Positions 53,701 to 64,000 of a stretch of DNA of 64,000 bases are shown here, piece after piece; position 1 is the stretch's first letter; each line of letters starts with the position of its first letter. Both the position numbers and the translations under genes were made by a program. The DNA is from Escherichia coli (GTDB lineage: Bacteria; Pseudomonadota; Gammaproteobacteria; Enterobacterales; Enterobacteriaceae), in NCBI RefSeq assembly GCF_003018255.1, contig NZ_CP027440.1. One strand, written 5' to 3'. The notes beneath the pieces were generated by a model that made no database searches, had not been told where the DNA came from, and worked only from the letters and a program-made list of their open reading frames with translations.

Positions 53701-56700
53701 ATGGACGTCAGTCGCAGACAATTTTTTAAAATCTGCGCGGGCGGTATGGCTGGAACAACGGTAGCGGCATTGGGCTTTGCCCCGAAGCAAGCACTGGCTC
53801 AGGCGCGAAACTACAAATTATTACGCGCGAAAGAGATCCGTAACACCTGCACATACTGTTCCGTAGGTTGCGGGCTATTGATGTATAGCCTGGGTGATGG
53901 CGCGAAAAACGCCAGAGAAGCGATTTATCACATTGAAGGTGACCCGGATCATCCGGTAAGCCGTGGTGCGCTGTGCCCGAAAGGGGCCGGTTTGCTGGAT
54001 TACGTCAACAGCGAAAACCGTCTGCGCTACCCGGAATATCGTGCGCCAGGTTCTGACAAATGGCAGCGCATTAGCTGGGAAGAAGCATTCTCCCGTATTG
54101 CGAAGCTGATGAAAGCTGACCGTGACGCTAACTTTATTGAAAAGAACGAGCAGGGCGTAACGGTAAACCGTTGGCTTTCTACCGGTATGCTGTGTGCCTC
54201 CGGTGCCAGCAACGAAACCGGGATGCTGACTCAAAAATTTGCCCGCTCCCTCGGGATGCTGGCAGTAGACAACCAGGCGCGCGTCTGACACGGACCAACG
54301 GTAGCAAGTCTTGCTCCAACATTTGGTCGCGGTGCGATGACCAACCACTGGGTGGATATCAAAAACGCTAACGTCGTAATGGTGATGGGCGGTAACGCTG
54401 CTGAAGCGCATCCCGTCGGTTTCCGCTGGGCGATGGAAGCGAAAAACAACAACGATGCAACCTTGATCGTTGTCGATCCCCGTTTTACGCGTACCGCTTC
54501 TGTAGCGGATATTTACGCACCTATTCGTTCCGGTACGGACATTACGTTCCTGTCTGGCGTTTTGCGCTACCTGATCGAAAACAACAAAATCAATGCCGAA
54601 TACGTTAAGCATTACACCAATGCCAGCCTGCTGGTGCGTGATGATTTTGCTTTCGAAGACGGTCTGTTCAGCGGCTACGACGCTGAAAAACGGCAATACG
54701 ATAAATCGTCCTGGAACTATCAGTTCGATGAAAACGGCTATGCGAAACGCGATGAAACACTGACTCATCCGCGCTGTGTGTGGAACCTGCTGAAAGCGCA
54801 CGTTTCCCGCTACACGCCGGACGTTGTTGAAAACATCTGCGGTACGCCAAAAGCCGACTTCCTGAAAGTGTGTGAAGTGCTGGCCTCCACCAGCGCACCG
54901 GATCGCACAACCACCTTCCTGTACGCGCTGGGCTGGACGCAGCACACCGTGGGTGCGCAGAACATCCGTACTATGGCGATGATCCAGTTGCTGCTCGGTA
55001 ACATGGGTATGGCCGGTGGCGGCGTGAACGCATTGCGTGGTCACTCCAACATTCAGGGCCTGACCGACTTAGGTCTGCTCTCAACCAGCCTGCCGGGTTA
55101 TCTGACGCTGCCGTCAGAAAAACAGGTTGATTTGCAGTCGTATCTGGAAGCGAATACGCCGAAAGCGACGCTGGCTGATCAGGTGAACTACTGGAGCAAC
55201 TATCCGAAGTTCTTCGTTAGCCTGATGAAATCTTTCTACGGCGATGCCGCGCAAAAAGAGAACAACTGGGGCTACGACTGGCTGCCGAAGTGGGACCAGA
55301 CCTACGACGTCATCAAGTATTTCAACATGATGGACGAAGGCAAAGTCACCGGTTATTTCTGCCAGGGCTTTAACCCGGTTGCGTCCTTCCCGGACAAAAA
55401 CAAAGTGGTGAGCTGCCTGAGCAAGCTGAAGTACATGGTGGTTATCGATCCGCTGGTGACTGAAACCTCTACCTTCTGGCAGAACCACGGCGAGTCGAAC
55501 GATGTCGATCCGGCGTCCATTCAGACTGAAGTATTCCGTCTGCCTTCGACCTGCTTTGCTGAAGAAGATGGTTCTATTGCTAACTCCGGTCGCTGGTTGC
55601 AGTGGCACTGGAAAGGTCAGGACGCGCCGGGCGAAGCACGTAACGACGGCGAAATTCTGGCGGGTATCTACCATCATCTGCGCGAGCTGTACCAGGCCGA
55701 GGGTGGTAAAGGCGTAGAACCGCTGATGAAGATGAGCTGGAACTACAAGCAGCCGCACGAACCGCAATCTGACGAAGTGGCGAAAGAGAACAACGGCTAT
55801 GCGCTGGAAGATCTCTATGACGCTAATGGCGTGCTGATTGCGAAGAAAGGTCAGTTGCTGAGTAGCTTTGCGCATCTGCGTGATGATGGTACAACCGCAT
55901 CTTCTTGCTGGATCTACACCGGTAGCTGGACAGAGCAGGGCAACCAGATGGCTAACCGCGATAACTCCGACCCGTCCGGTCTGGGGAATACGCTGGGATG
56001 GGCCTGGGCGTGGCCGCTCAACCGTCGCGTGCTGTACAACCGTGCTTCGGCGGATATCAACGGTAAACCGTGGGATCCGAAACGGATGCTGATCCAGTGG
56101 AACGGCAGCAAGTGGACGGGTAACGATATTCCGGACTTCGGCAATGCCGCACCGGGTACGCCAACCGGGCCGTTTATCATGCAGCCGGAAGGGATGGGAC
56201 GCCTGTTTGCCATCAACAAAATGGCGGAAGGTCCGTTCCCGGAACACTACGAGCCAATCGAAACGCCGCTGGGCACTAACCCGCTGCATCCGAACGTGGT
56301 GTCTAACCCGGTTGTTCGTCTGTATGAACAAGACGCGCTGCGGATGGGTAAAAAAGAGCAGTTCCCGTATGTGGGTACGACCTATCGTCTGACCGAGCAC
56401 TTCCACACCTGGACCAAGCACGCATTGCTCAACGCAATTGCTCAGCCGGAACAGTTTGTGGAAATCAGCGAAACGCTGGCGGCGGCGAAAGGCATTGCCA
56501 ATGGCGATCGTGTCACTGTCTCCAGCAAGCGTGGCTTTATCCGCGCGGTGGCTGTGGTAACGCGCCGTCTGAAACCGCTGAATGTAAACGGTCAGCAGGT
56601 TGAAACGGTGGGTATTCCAATCCACTGGGGCTTTGAGGGTGTCGCGCGTAAAGGTTATATCGCTAACACTCTGACGCCGAATGTCGGTGATGCAAACTCG

Positions 56701-56748
56701 CAAACGCCGGAATATAAAGCGTTCTTAGTCAACATCGAGAAGGCGTAA
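53701..56748 (+). CDS. fdnG: Formate dehydrogenase-N alpha subunit, selenoprotein (in-frame UGA = selenocysteine at 54286-54288), Tat-exported
   Basis: ORF-track ORFs 53701..54288 and 54337..56748 are in the same frame and separated only by TGA; total 1015 aa; Tat signal MDVSRRQFFK; recognised as FdnG. Confidence 0.9.
54289..54330 (+). other. Putative SECIS element directing selenocysteine insertion at the fdnG UGA
   Basis: Located immediately 3' of the in-frame TGA as in bacterial selenoprotein mRNAs; contains short inverted repeat gcaag-tc-ttgc; structure not folded. Confidence 0.45.
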
Positions 56749-56760
56749 GGGGGCGAACAG

Positions 56761-57645
56761 ATGGCTATGGAAACGCAGGACATTATCAAAAGGTCCGCAA
56801 CTAACTCCATCACGCCGCCTTCTCAGGTGCGTGATTACAAAGCAGAAGTCGCAAAACTTATCGACGTTTCCACCTGTATCGGCTGTAAAGCCTGTCAGGT
56901 GGCGTGTTCGGAGTGGAACGACATCCGTGATGAAGTGGGGCACTGCGTCGGGGTTTACGATAACCCCGCCGATCTGAGCGCCAAGTCCTGGACGGTGATG
57001 CGCTTTAGCGAAACCGAACAGAACGGCAAGCTGGAGTGGCTGATCCGTAAAGACGGCTGTATGCACTGTGAAGATCCGGGCTGCCTGAAGGCGTGCCCGT
57101 CTGCTGGTGCAATCATTCAGTACGCTAACGGGATTGTCGATTTCCAGTCGGAAAACTGCATCGGCTGTGGTTACTGCATTGCCGGGTGTCCGTTTAATAT
57201 TCCGCGCCTCAACAAAGAGGATAACCGGGTATATAAATGCACGCTCTGCGTCGATCGCGTCAGCGTCGGCCAGGAACCGGCTTGTGTGAAAACCTGTCCG
57301 ACCGGGGCTATCCACTTCGGCACCAAGAAGGAGATGCTGGAGCTGGCGGAACAGCGCGTGGCGAAACTGAAAGCGCGTGGTTACGAACATGCTGGCGTCT
57401 ACAACCCGGAAGGGGTCGGTGGTACGCACGTTATGTACGTGCTGCATCACGCCGATCAGCCGGAGCTGTATCACGGTCTGCCGAAAGATCCGAAGATCGA
57501 CACCTCGGTAAGCCTGTGGAAAGGCGCGTTGAAACCGCTGGCAGCGGCTGGCTTTATTGCCACTTTTGCCGGGTTGATTTTCCACTACATCGGTATTGGC
57601 CCGAATAAGGAAGTGGACGATGACGAGGAGGATCATCATGAGTAA
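56761..57645 (+). CDS. fdnH: Formate dehydrogenase-N beta subunit (4x[4Fe-4S])
   Basis: 294-aa ORF with four ferredoxin-type Cys clusters and C-terminal TM segment. Confidence 0.9.
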   Translation: MAMETQDIIKRSATNSITPPSQVRDYKAEVAKLIDVSTCIGCKACQVACSEWNDIRDEVGHCVGVYDNPADLSAKSWTVMRFSETEQNGKLEWLIRKDGCMHCEDPGCLKACPSAGAIIQYANGIVDFQSENCIGCGYCIAGCPFNIPRLNKEDNRVYKCTLCVDRVSVGQEPACVKTCPTGAIHFGTKKEMLELAEQRVAKLKARGYEHAGVYNPEGVGGTHVMYVLHHADQPELYHGLPKDPKIDTSVSLWKGALKPLAAAGFIATFAGLIFHYIGIGPNKEVDDDEEDHHE

Positions 57646-58291
57646 GTCGAAAATGATTGTGCGCACCAAATTTATTGATCGCGCCTGTCACTGGACCGTG
57701 GTGATTTGCTTCTTCCTGGTGGCGCTGTCCGGGATTTCGTTCTTCTTCCCGACGCTGCAATGGCTGACGCAAACCTTCGGTACGCCGCAGATGGGACGCA
57801 TTTTGCACCCGTTCTTCGGCATTGCGATTTTCGTCGCGCTGATGTTTATGTTTGTGCGTTTTGTACATCACAATATCCCGGATAAGAAGGATATTCCGTG
57901 GCTGTTGAACATTGTCGAAGTATTAAAAGGCAATGAGCACAAAGTGGCGGATGTTGGTAAGTACAACGCCGGGCAGAAGATGATGTTCTGGTCGATCATG
58001 AGCATGATTTTCGTGCTGCTGGTGACCGGGGTGATTATCTGGCGTCCGTACTTTGCGCAGTACTTCCCGATGCAGGTTGTTCGCTACAGCCTGCTGATTC
58101 ACGCGGCTGCGGGTATCATCCTGATCCACGCCATCCTGATCCATATGTATATGGCATTCTGGGTGAAAGGATCGATTAAAGGGATGATCGAAGGGAAGGT
58201 GAGCCGTCGCTGGGCGAAGAAACACCATCCGCGCTGGTATCGTGAAATCGAGAAGGCGGAAGCGAAAAAAGAGAGTGAAGAAGGGATATAA
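57638..58291 (+). CDS. fdnI: Formate dehydrogenase-N gamma subunit (cytochrome b556)
   Basis: ORF 57596..58291; ATG 57638 with GAGGAGGA site gives 217 aa; overlaps fdnH by 8 nt. Confidence 0.85.
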
Positions 58292-58313
58292 TCTCTTTTG
58301 AACTTTAAGCTGA

Positions 58314-58344
58314 AAATGGCGCTTTAAGAAGCGCCATTTTTTTA
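58314..58344. terminator. Rho-independent terminator after fdnI (aaatggcgc-tttaagaa-gcgccattt + TTTTT); overlaps the 3' end of convergent yddM
   Basis: Hairpin plus T-run read from sequence. Confidence 0.6.
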
Positions 58345-58626
58345 TTGCGTAACCAGACGGCGCAGTCGCGACACATCCACCGTTTTTTCAGCCTCTGCCA
58401 GGCTCCAGGCGTTTTGCAGATTCAGCCACATTTGCGGCGAACTGCCGATCACCACGGAAAGTTTAATCGCCATTTCCGGAGTGAGCGCCGCTTTTCCGGT
58501 CAGCAATCGGCTTGCCGTTGAGGGCGCAATTTCCATTGCTCTGGCAAACTCGCGCAGGCTGACATTAAGTTCGTCCAGTGATTCCTGAATAATGTCCCCC
58601 GGGCGGGGATGATTGGCCATTTTCAT
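58342..58626 (-). CDS. yddM: HigA-family antitoxin (XRE-type HTH)
   Basis: 94-aa ORF; HTH ([22 protein letters not shown]); immediately downstream of and overlapping a HigB-like ORF. Confidence 0.8.
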
Positions 58627-58904
58627 CAGTGATAGTCCTCGTAATCCAGTATGTATGCATCGCCATTGACGAATTCAAATGTGATTCGCCAGTTGCCCGA
58701 GACAGATATCGCCCAAATTCCATCGCGATCGCCGCTTAACGGGTGTAGTCGGTAACCGGGCATATCGATATCAGCAAGACAGCTTGCTGCATCAATCACA
58801 GCGAGTCGGTGGCGTAATCGTTTGACTTGCGTCGGTATAACGCCGGAGGTTTTGCCGAGAAGAAACAAGTCACGCAATCCCTTGTGTCTGAAATTCATTA
58901 TCAT
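58626..58904 (-). CDS. HigB-like toxin (RelE/ParE superfamily mRNA interferase)
   Basis: 92-aa ORF; resembles Proteus HigB as recalled from memory (…HKGL…LHPL.GDR.G.W.I.V..NWRITF.F.NGDAYIL.YEDYH); 1-nt overlap with yddM; likely true start a few codons in (MNFRHKGL). Confidence 0.8.
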
Positions 58905-59089
58905 CTCTTCATCCTTGTTCCTTCAAAAGGAACACTATCACTATTGTTCCGTGCAGCGCAACAAATTTCGCTACGTTTTTGCGAATTGTGAGGGGAAATA
59001 TGGGGGAGGAAAAGAAGAAGAGTGAAATTGCGGAAAGCGTCTCGCAAAACAGGCTGCGACCCGAACATGGCAGTCGCAGCAAAGGCCTC

Positions 59090-60100
59090 TTAGCGGCGGA
59101 AATCAATCACCATACGGCCACGGATTTTGCCTTCTTCCATCTCGGTAAAGATGGTGTTGATGTCCGCTAACGGACGCAGGGCGACTTTCGGCACCACTTT
59201 GCCTTCGGCGGCAAACTGGAAGGCTTCGGTTAGATCCTGGCGCGTGCCGACCAGCGAACCGACCACTTCAATACCATCCAGCACAAGGCGTGGGATGTCC
59301 AGGCTCATAGACTCCGGCGGCAGACCGACAGCCACAACACGACCGCCTGCTCGTACAGCATCAACCGCCGAGTTAAACGCAGCTTTAGCTACCGCTGTCA
59401 CCACCGCGGCGTGAGCGCCACCGGTTTTTTCTTGCACAATTTTGGCGGCGTCTTCAGTGCGTGAGTTAATCGCTAAATCAGCGCCCATTTCGGTTGCCAG
59501 TTTTAACTGCTCATCATTGACATCAATGGCGATCACTTTGGCGTTAAAGACATTCTTCGCGTATTGCAGGGCGAGGTTACCCAGACCGCCAAGACCGTAG
59601 ATAGCAATCCACTGACCGGGACGAATTTTTGACAGTTTCACCGCTTTATAGGTGGTGACCCCCGCACAGGTAATGCTGCTGGCCGCCGCCGAGTCCAGGC
59701 CATCTGGCACTTTTACCGCGTAATCGGCGACCACGATGCACTCTTCCGCCATCCCGCCATCAACGCTGTATCCGGCATTTTTAACTGAACGGCAGAGCGT
59801 TTCGTTACCACTGTTACAGTATTCGCAATGACCGCATCCTTCGTAAAACCACGCCACGCTGGCACGATCGCCTGGTTTTAATGAGGTGACACCTGGGCCA
59901 ACTTCTGCCACCACACCGATGCCTTCATGGCCCAGAATTACGCCGGTTTTGTCACCAAAATCGCCATTCTTAACATGAAGATCGGTATGACATACACCAC
60001 AACACTCCATTTTCAGCAGGGCTTCGCCATGTTTCAGTGAGCGCAGTGTTTTATCCGTAACGTCAACATGATGATCCTTCGTAACAACTGCAGCCTTCAT
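59090..60100 (-). CDS. adhP: Zn-dependent alcohol dehydrogenase, propanol-preferring
   Basis: ORF 59090..60130; ATG 60100 with AGGAGGAACT site gives 336 aa; MDR Zn-ADH motifs (GHEGIG, GLGGLG). Confidence 0.9.
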   Translation of the reverse strand: MKAAVVTKDHHVDVTDKTLRSLKHGEALLKMECCGVCHTDLHVKNGDFGDKTGVILGHEGIGVVAEVGPGVTSLKPGDRASVAWFYEGCGHCEYCNSGNETLCRSVKNAGYSVDGGMAEECIVVADYAVKVPDGLDSAAASSITCAGVTTYKAVKLSKIRPGQWIAIYGLGGLGNLALQYAKNVFNAKVIAIDVNDEQLKLATEMGADLAINSRTEDAAKIVQEKTGGAHAAVVTAVAKAAFNSAVDAVRAGGRVVAVGLPPESMSLDIPRLVLDGIEVVGSLVGTRQDLTEAFQFAAEGKVVPKVALRPLADINTIFTEMEEGKIRGRMVIDFRR

Positions 60101-60233
60101 AGTTCCTCCTTTTCGGATGATGTTCTGCATAGCAGGTGAGGCAAATGAGATTTATTCGCCACTACCCAGTATGGATGAGATCTGAAAAAGGGAGAGGAAA
60201 ATTGCCCGGCAGCTTTCACCACCGGGCGCAGGC

Positions 60234-61931
60234 TTAGATGGAGGTACGGCGGTAGTCGCGGTATTCGGCGTGCCAGAAATTATCATCAATGGCCTGTTGC
60301 AGAGCTTCGGCAGACGTTTTCACCGCCACGCCTTGCTGCTGCGCCATTTTGCCAACCGCAAAGGCAATTGCGCGGGAGACTTTCTGAATATCTTTCAGTT
60401 CCGGTAGTACCAGACCTTCGCCGTTCAGGACCAGCGGCGAATACTGAGCAAGCGTTTCACTTGCCGACATCAGCATCTCATCGGTGATACGTGACGCGCC
60501 GGAAGCAATAACGCCCAGCCCGATGCCCGGGAAAATAAAGGCGTTGTTACACTGGGCGATAGGGTAGATTTTATCTTTCCATACCACTGGGTTAAACGGA
60601 CTGCCAGTGGCGACCAGCGCGTTACCTTCAGTCCAGGCGATAATGTCCTGCGGTGTGGCTTCCACGCGTGAAGTCGGGTTAGACAGCGGCATCACGATCG
60701 GACGCGGACAGTGTTTATGCATCTCACGGATAATCTCTTCCGTAAACAGCCCGGTCTGTCCTGAGACGCCAATCAGAATATCTGGTTTTACATTACGCAC
60801 CACATCCAGCAGTGACAGCACATCGCTGTCGGTATCCCAGTCACTGAGGTTTTCGCGCTTCTGCACCAGTTTGGTCTGGAAAGGCAGCAGGTTCGGCATC
60901 TTGTCGGTCAGCAGGCCAAAGCGATCAACCATAAAGACTTTCTGCCGCGCCGCTTCCTCGCTTAATCCTTCACGCTGAGTCTGGGCGATGATCATTTCGG
61001 CAATGCCGCACCCCGCAGAGCCTGCGCCGAGGAAGACAATCTTTTTCTCGCTCAGTTGACCACCTGCCGCGCGGCTGGCTGCGATCAGTGTGCCGACCGT
61101 TACCGCCGCGGTGCCCTGAATGTCATCGTTAAAAGAACAAATTTCATTGCGATAGCGGTTAAGTAACGGCATCGCATTTTTTTGTGCGAAGTCTTCAAAC
61201 TGCAACAGTACGTCCGGCCAGCGTTGTTTCACAGCCTGGATAAATTCATCAACGAATTCATAGTATTCGTCGTCAGTGATACGCGGATTACGCCAGCCCA
61301 TATACAGCGGATCGTTAAGCAGCTGTTGGTTGTTCGTCCCGACATCCAGCACCACCGGAAGGGTATACGCCGGGCTGATGCCGCCACAGGCGGTATAGAG
61401 CGACAGTTTACCGATCGGAATGCCCATCCCGCCGATGCCCTGGTCACCAAGCCCCAGAATACGTTCACCGTCAGTCACCACAATCACTTTAATATTATGG
61501 TTCGGCACGTTTTGCAGAATATCGTCCATATTGTGGCGGTTCTGGTAAGAGATAAACACGCCGCGTGAACGGCGGTAGATCTCAGAAAAACGCTCACAGG
61601 CTGCGCCGACGGTTGGGGTATAAATAACAGGCATCATCTCATCAAGATGATTGTTTACCAGACGGTAGAAGAGGGTTTCGTTAGTGTCCTGGATGTTACG
61701 CAGGTAGATGTGTTTGTCGATTTCGGTTTTGAATCCCTGATACTGGATCCATGCTCGTTCCGCTTGTTCTTCGATGGTTTCGACCACTTCCGGCAGTAAC
61801 CCCAGCAGGTTGAAGTTACGGCGTTCTTCCATGCTGAAGGCGCTGCCTTTATTCAACAACGGAAATTCCAGCAGTACAGGGCCAGCGTAAGGAATATAAA
61901 GCGAACGCTGTCTTTTTGTTTTTGGTTCCAT
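60234..61931 (-). CDS. maeA: NAD-dependent malic enzyme
   Basis: ORF 60234..61967; start set at ATG 61931 ([18 protein letters not shown]...) giving 565 aa. Confidence 0.9.
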   Translation of the reverse strand: MEPKTKRQRSLYIPYAGPVLLEFPLLNKGSAFSMEERRNFNLLGLLPEVVETIEEQAERAWIQYQGFKTEIDKHIYLRNIQDTNETLFYRLVNNHLDEMMPVIYTPTVGAACERFSEIYRRSRGVFISYQNRHNMDDILQNVPNHNIKVIVVTDGERILGLGDQGIGGMGIPIGKLSLYTACGGISPAYTLPVVLDVGTNNQQLLNDPLYMGWRNPRITDDEYYEFVDEFIQAVKQRWPDVLLQFEDFAQKNAMPLLNRYRNEICSFNDDIQGTAAVTVGTLIAASRAAGGQLSEKKIVFLGAGSAGCGIAEMIIAQTQREGLSEEAARQKVFMVDRFGLLTDKMPNLLPFQTKLVQKRENLSDWDTDSDVLSLLDVVRNVKPDILIGVSGQTGLFTEEIIREMHKHCPRPIVMPLSNPTSRVEATPQDIIAWTEGNALVATGSPFNPVVWKDKIYPIAQCNNAFIFPGIGLGVIASGASRITDEMLMSASETLAQYSPLVLNGEGLVLPELKDIQKVSRAIAFAVGKMAQQQGVAVKTSAEALQQAIDDNFWHAEYRDYRRTSI

Positions 61932-62020
61932 GTCACTCACTCTTTTTTGAATATCCATCCCTGGCACGCTTTTATCGTCTTTGCTTTACCGCCAGGGCGT
62001 CGGCCCCAAGTATAAAGCAG

Positions 62021-62057
62021 ATAAAAACAAAAACACCATTGCGCAGGCAATGGTGTT
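62021..62057 (-). terminator. Rho-independent terminator downstream of sra
   Basis: Hairpin aacaccattgc-gcag-gcaatggtgtt with U-run on the minus-strand transcript. Confidence 0.45.
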
Positions 62058-62087
62058 TAATCGTCATTGAGGACTGATGGTTATGAA

Positions 62088-62225
62088 TTACTTTTCAGCG
62101 GGGCGTTTTCTGCCTGTTGGGTTATTTACCACGCTGGATTTGTCACCTTCGGTAACTATTTTGCGCTGGTTAGAAATTTTATGGTCCAGTCCAAGAATAT
62201 GACGTGCCTGACGGTTCGATTTCAT
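62088..62225 (-). CDS. sra: Stationary-phase ribosome-associated protein SRA (30S protein S22), 45 aa
   Basis: Hand-translated minus-strand ORF ending ...GRKRPAEK; below ORF-track cutoff. Confidence 0.8.
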
Positions 62226-62326
62226 TTTAACTCCTCAATCCTGTTACTAGTTTTAAGGACAACATCGCCGTAGCGAAGAAACACGTGCTAAACCCCTAAA
62301 TTAGGTTGCCGATCAAGCATAGCACC

Positions 62327-62542
62327 TTAAAGCGTAGGGTGCTGACCACTGACCACATAATTGATCGTTTGCTGGTAGATATCACTGAGGATGTCGTTAT
62401 CAGATGCTTCCACCCATTTGGTCAGCTCCATGAGAATGTCATCTTCAGTGACAACACCGTGCTCTGCCCGAAGGCCTTGCTCAATGGCATTAACCAGAGC
62501 GGGTTCTGCTGTTGAATTTTCTGCCTGATAATAAGTAAACAT
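62327..62542 (-). CDS. bdm: Biofilm-dependent modulation protein
   Basis: ORF 62327..62605; start set at ATG 62542 (MFTYYQAENSTAEPALV...) giving 71 aa. Confidence 0.8.
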   Translation of the reverse strand: MFTYYQAENSTAEPALVNAIEQGLRAEHGVVTEDDILMELTKWVEASDNDILSDIYQQTINYVVSGQHPTL

Positions 62543-62886
62543 AGTGATTCTCCGTGTCTGTGTATTTATGGTGTCTGCTACGGATCGCAGATTTATAAAG
62601 CACATTCAGCATGGCAAATATTTGCCGCTTCGTTGTTAAGATTAGTCCTGGTTGATGATTTTTATATTTTAACTCCATGATATTGATAGGTATTATTATT
62701 GTGATGAGTTGATTGATATTGATGCAATATCTCTTGAGTTATATATTTCCGGTTATCTATTGTGGAAATTTAATTTAAGTGCAGGAATTATATTTTCGCC
62801 GGATTTTATTCGGATTATCCTGCTTATCCTCGTGCTGTTTCTCACGTAGTCTATAATTTCCTTTTTAAGCCCACAGGAGAGCAACA

Positions 62887-63318
62887 ATGACAATCCATAA
62901 GAAAGGTCAGGCACACTGGGAAGGCGATATCAAACGCGGGAAGGGAACAGTATCTACTGAGAGCGGCGTGCTGAACCAACAGCCGTATGGATTTAACACG
63001 CGTTTTGAAGGCGAAAAAGGAACCAACCCTGAAGAACTGATTGGCGCAGCGCATGCCGCATGTTTCTCAATGGCGCTTTCATTAATGCTGGGGGAAGCGG
63101 GATTCACGCCAACATCGATTGATACCACCGCAGATGTGTCGCTGGATAAAGTGGATGCCGGTTTTGCGATTACTAAAATCGCACTGAAAAGCGAAGTTGC
63201 GGTGCCGGGTATTGATGCCTCCACCTTTGACGGCATTATCCAGAAAGCAAAAGCAGGATGCCCGGTTTCTCAGGTACTGAAAGCGGAAATTACGCTGGAT
63301 TACCAGTTGAAATCGTAA
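62887..63318 (+). CDS. osmC: Osmotically inducible peroxiredoxin OsmC
   Basis: 143-aa ORF; OsmC/Ohr family; divergent from bdm. Confidence 0.9.
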   Translation: MTIHKKGQAHWEGDIKRGKGTVSTESGVLNQQPYGFNTRFEGEKGTNPEELIGAAHAACFSMALSLMLGEAGFTPTSIDTTADVSLDKVDAGFAITKIALKSEVAVPGIDASTFDGIIQKAKAGCPVSQVLKAEITLDYQLKS

Positions 63319-63373
63319 AGCGTTGCCGGATGACGCGTCAGGCGTGTGATTGCCTGATGCGTTGTTAGCGTCT

Positions 63374-64000
63374 CTACAGCGCCCGCCAGCACCGGATCTC
63401 ACGTTCGTCCTCCCTTATTGTTAATGATTGCCGGACTTCACATCCGTGGGTTGTCAGAGGGCAGCGTTCGCGGAAAAAACAGCCTTGTGGCAACGTGCGG
63501 TTTCCTGGTAGATCCGTTTTACGTAATGCCCATTCTTCCTCCAGCGGTTTATCAATGGCGGGGAGGGAATCCAGCAATAATCGGGTGTATGGATGTGCCG
63601 GAGCTGTCAGCACCTGTTGCGCGTCTCCTAGTTCCACAATCTGTCCGAGATACATCACCGCCACCCGATCGCTCATATGACGTATCACCGAGACATTGTG
63701 TGAAATCAGCACATAAGTCAGCTCGCGATTTTCCTGTAGCGTTACCAGTAAATTGAGGATCTGCGCCTGCACGGAGATATCCAGCGCCGAGGTTGGTTCA
63801 TCAAGCACAATCACGTCAGGCTGCGAAGAGAGTGCTCTGGCAATGGCGATACGTTGCCGCTGCCCGCCGGAAAACGCATGAGGCAAGCGGTCGAGATACT
63901 CCGGACGAATACCCACCTGCACAGCCAGCTCCTCTGCCAACGCTCGCCGCTGTTGTTCACTACTACGCTTAGCAATCCAGAGCGGTTCCGTGATGATGCG
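63374..64000 (-). CDS. ddpF: ABC transporter ATP-binding protein, 3' part (5' end beyond window); D-Ala-D-Ala dipeptide transporter DdpF
   Basis: Frame open to window edge; Walker B/signature region (LSGGQRQRIAIARAL, IVLDEPTSALD) and C-terminal oligopeptide-ABC domain. Confidence 0.8.
   Translation of the reverse strand, partial: RIITEPLWIAKRSSEQQRRALAEELAVQVGIRPEYLDRLPHAFSGGQRQRIAIARALSSQPDVIVLDEPTSALDISVQAQILNLLVTLQENRELTYVLISHNVSVIRHMSDRVAVMYLGQIVELGDAQQVLTAPAHPYTRLLLDSLPAIDKPLEEEWALRKTDLPGNRTLPQGCFFRERCPLTTHGCEVRQSLTIREDEREIRCWRAL

Noticed and set aside
54289-54336. Treating 53701..54288 and 54337..56748 as two separate genes
   Set aside because: Same reading frame, separated by a single TGA with continuous homology on both sides; this is selenocysteine recoding.
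53875-56703. 389-aa and 529-aa minus-strand ORFs antisense to fdnG
   Set aside because: Fully embedded in the strongly supported fdnG coding region; no ribosome-binding site or recognisable product.

Overview
This window is an Escherichia coli chromosomal segment that runs from the 3' end of trg to the 3' end of ddpF. Most of it is well-characterised housekeeping and anaerobic-respiration DNA on both strands: ydcIJ, opgD, rimL, tehAB, ydcL, sutR, rlhA/ydcP, the hicAB toxin-antitoxin pair, the ydcSTUV-patD ABC transporter/aldehyde dehydrogenase operon, mnaT, curA, mcbR, yncD, yncE, ansP, nhoA, yddE, the cryptic nitrate reductase Z cluster narUZYWV, yddG, the selenoprotein formate dehydrogenase-N operon fdnGHI, yddM, adhP, maeA, sra, bdm and osmC. 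Gene names are assigned by recognising the translated products from memory of the E. coli K-12 orthologues; no database search was run. The one clearly accessory region is about 31.6-41.5 kb: an AT-rich island holding two directly repeated 1.29-kb H-repeat (ISAs1-family) elements that bracket a vgrG 3' remnant, a full-length PAAR-Rhs protein (rhsE-like, 1386 aa) with an AT-rich variable C-terminal toxin domain, and a small downstream putative immunity ORF. I do not see convincing evidence for a wholly new biological system. The most interesting leads are the unassigned Rhs C-terminal toxin/immunity pair, an intact HigB-like toxin upstream of yddM, a 3x21-bp tandem repeat flanked by an inverted repeat upstream of ydcL, an apparent +1 frameshift in curA, and a GNAT acetyltransferase gene with an in-frame TAA. 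The sequence differs from K-12 as I recall it (intact rhsE, no pptA, no yddJKL), so it is probably from another E. coli lineage. Start codons were chosen by matching expected protein length and ribosome-binding sites and several are uncertain by a few codons.
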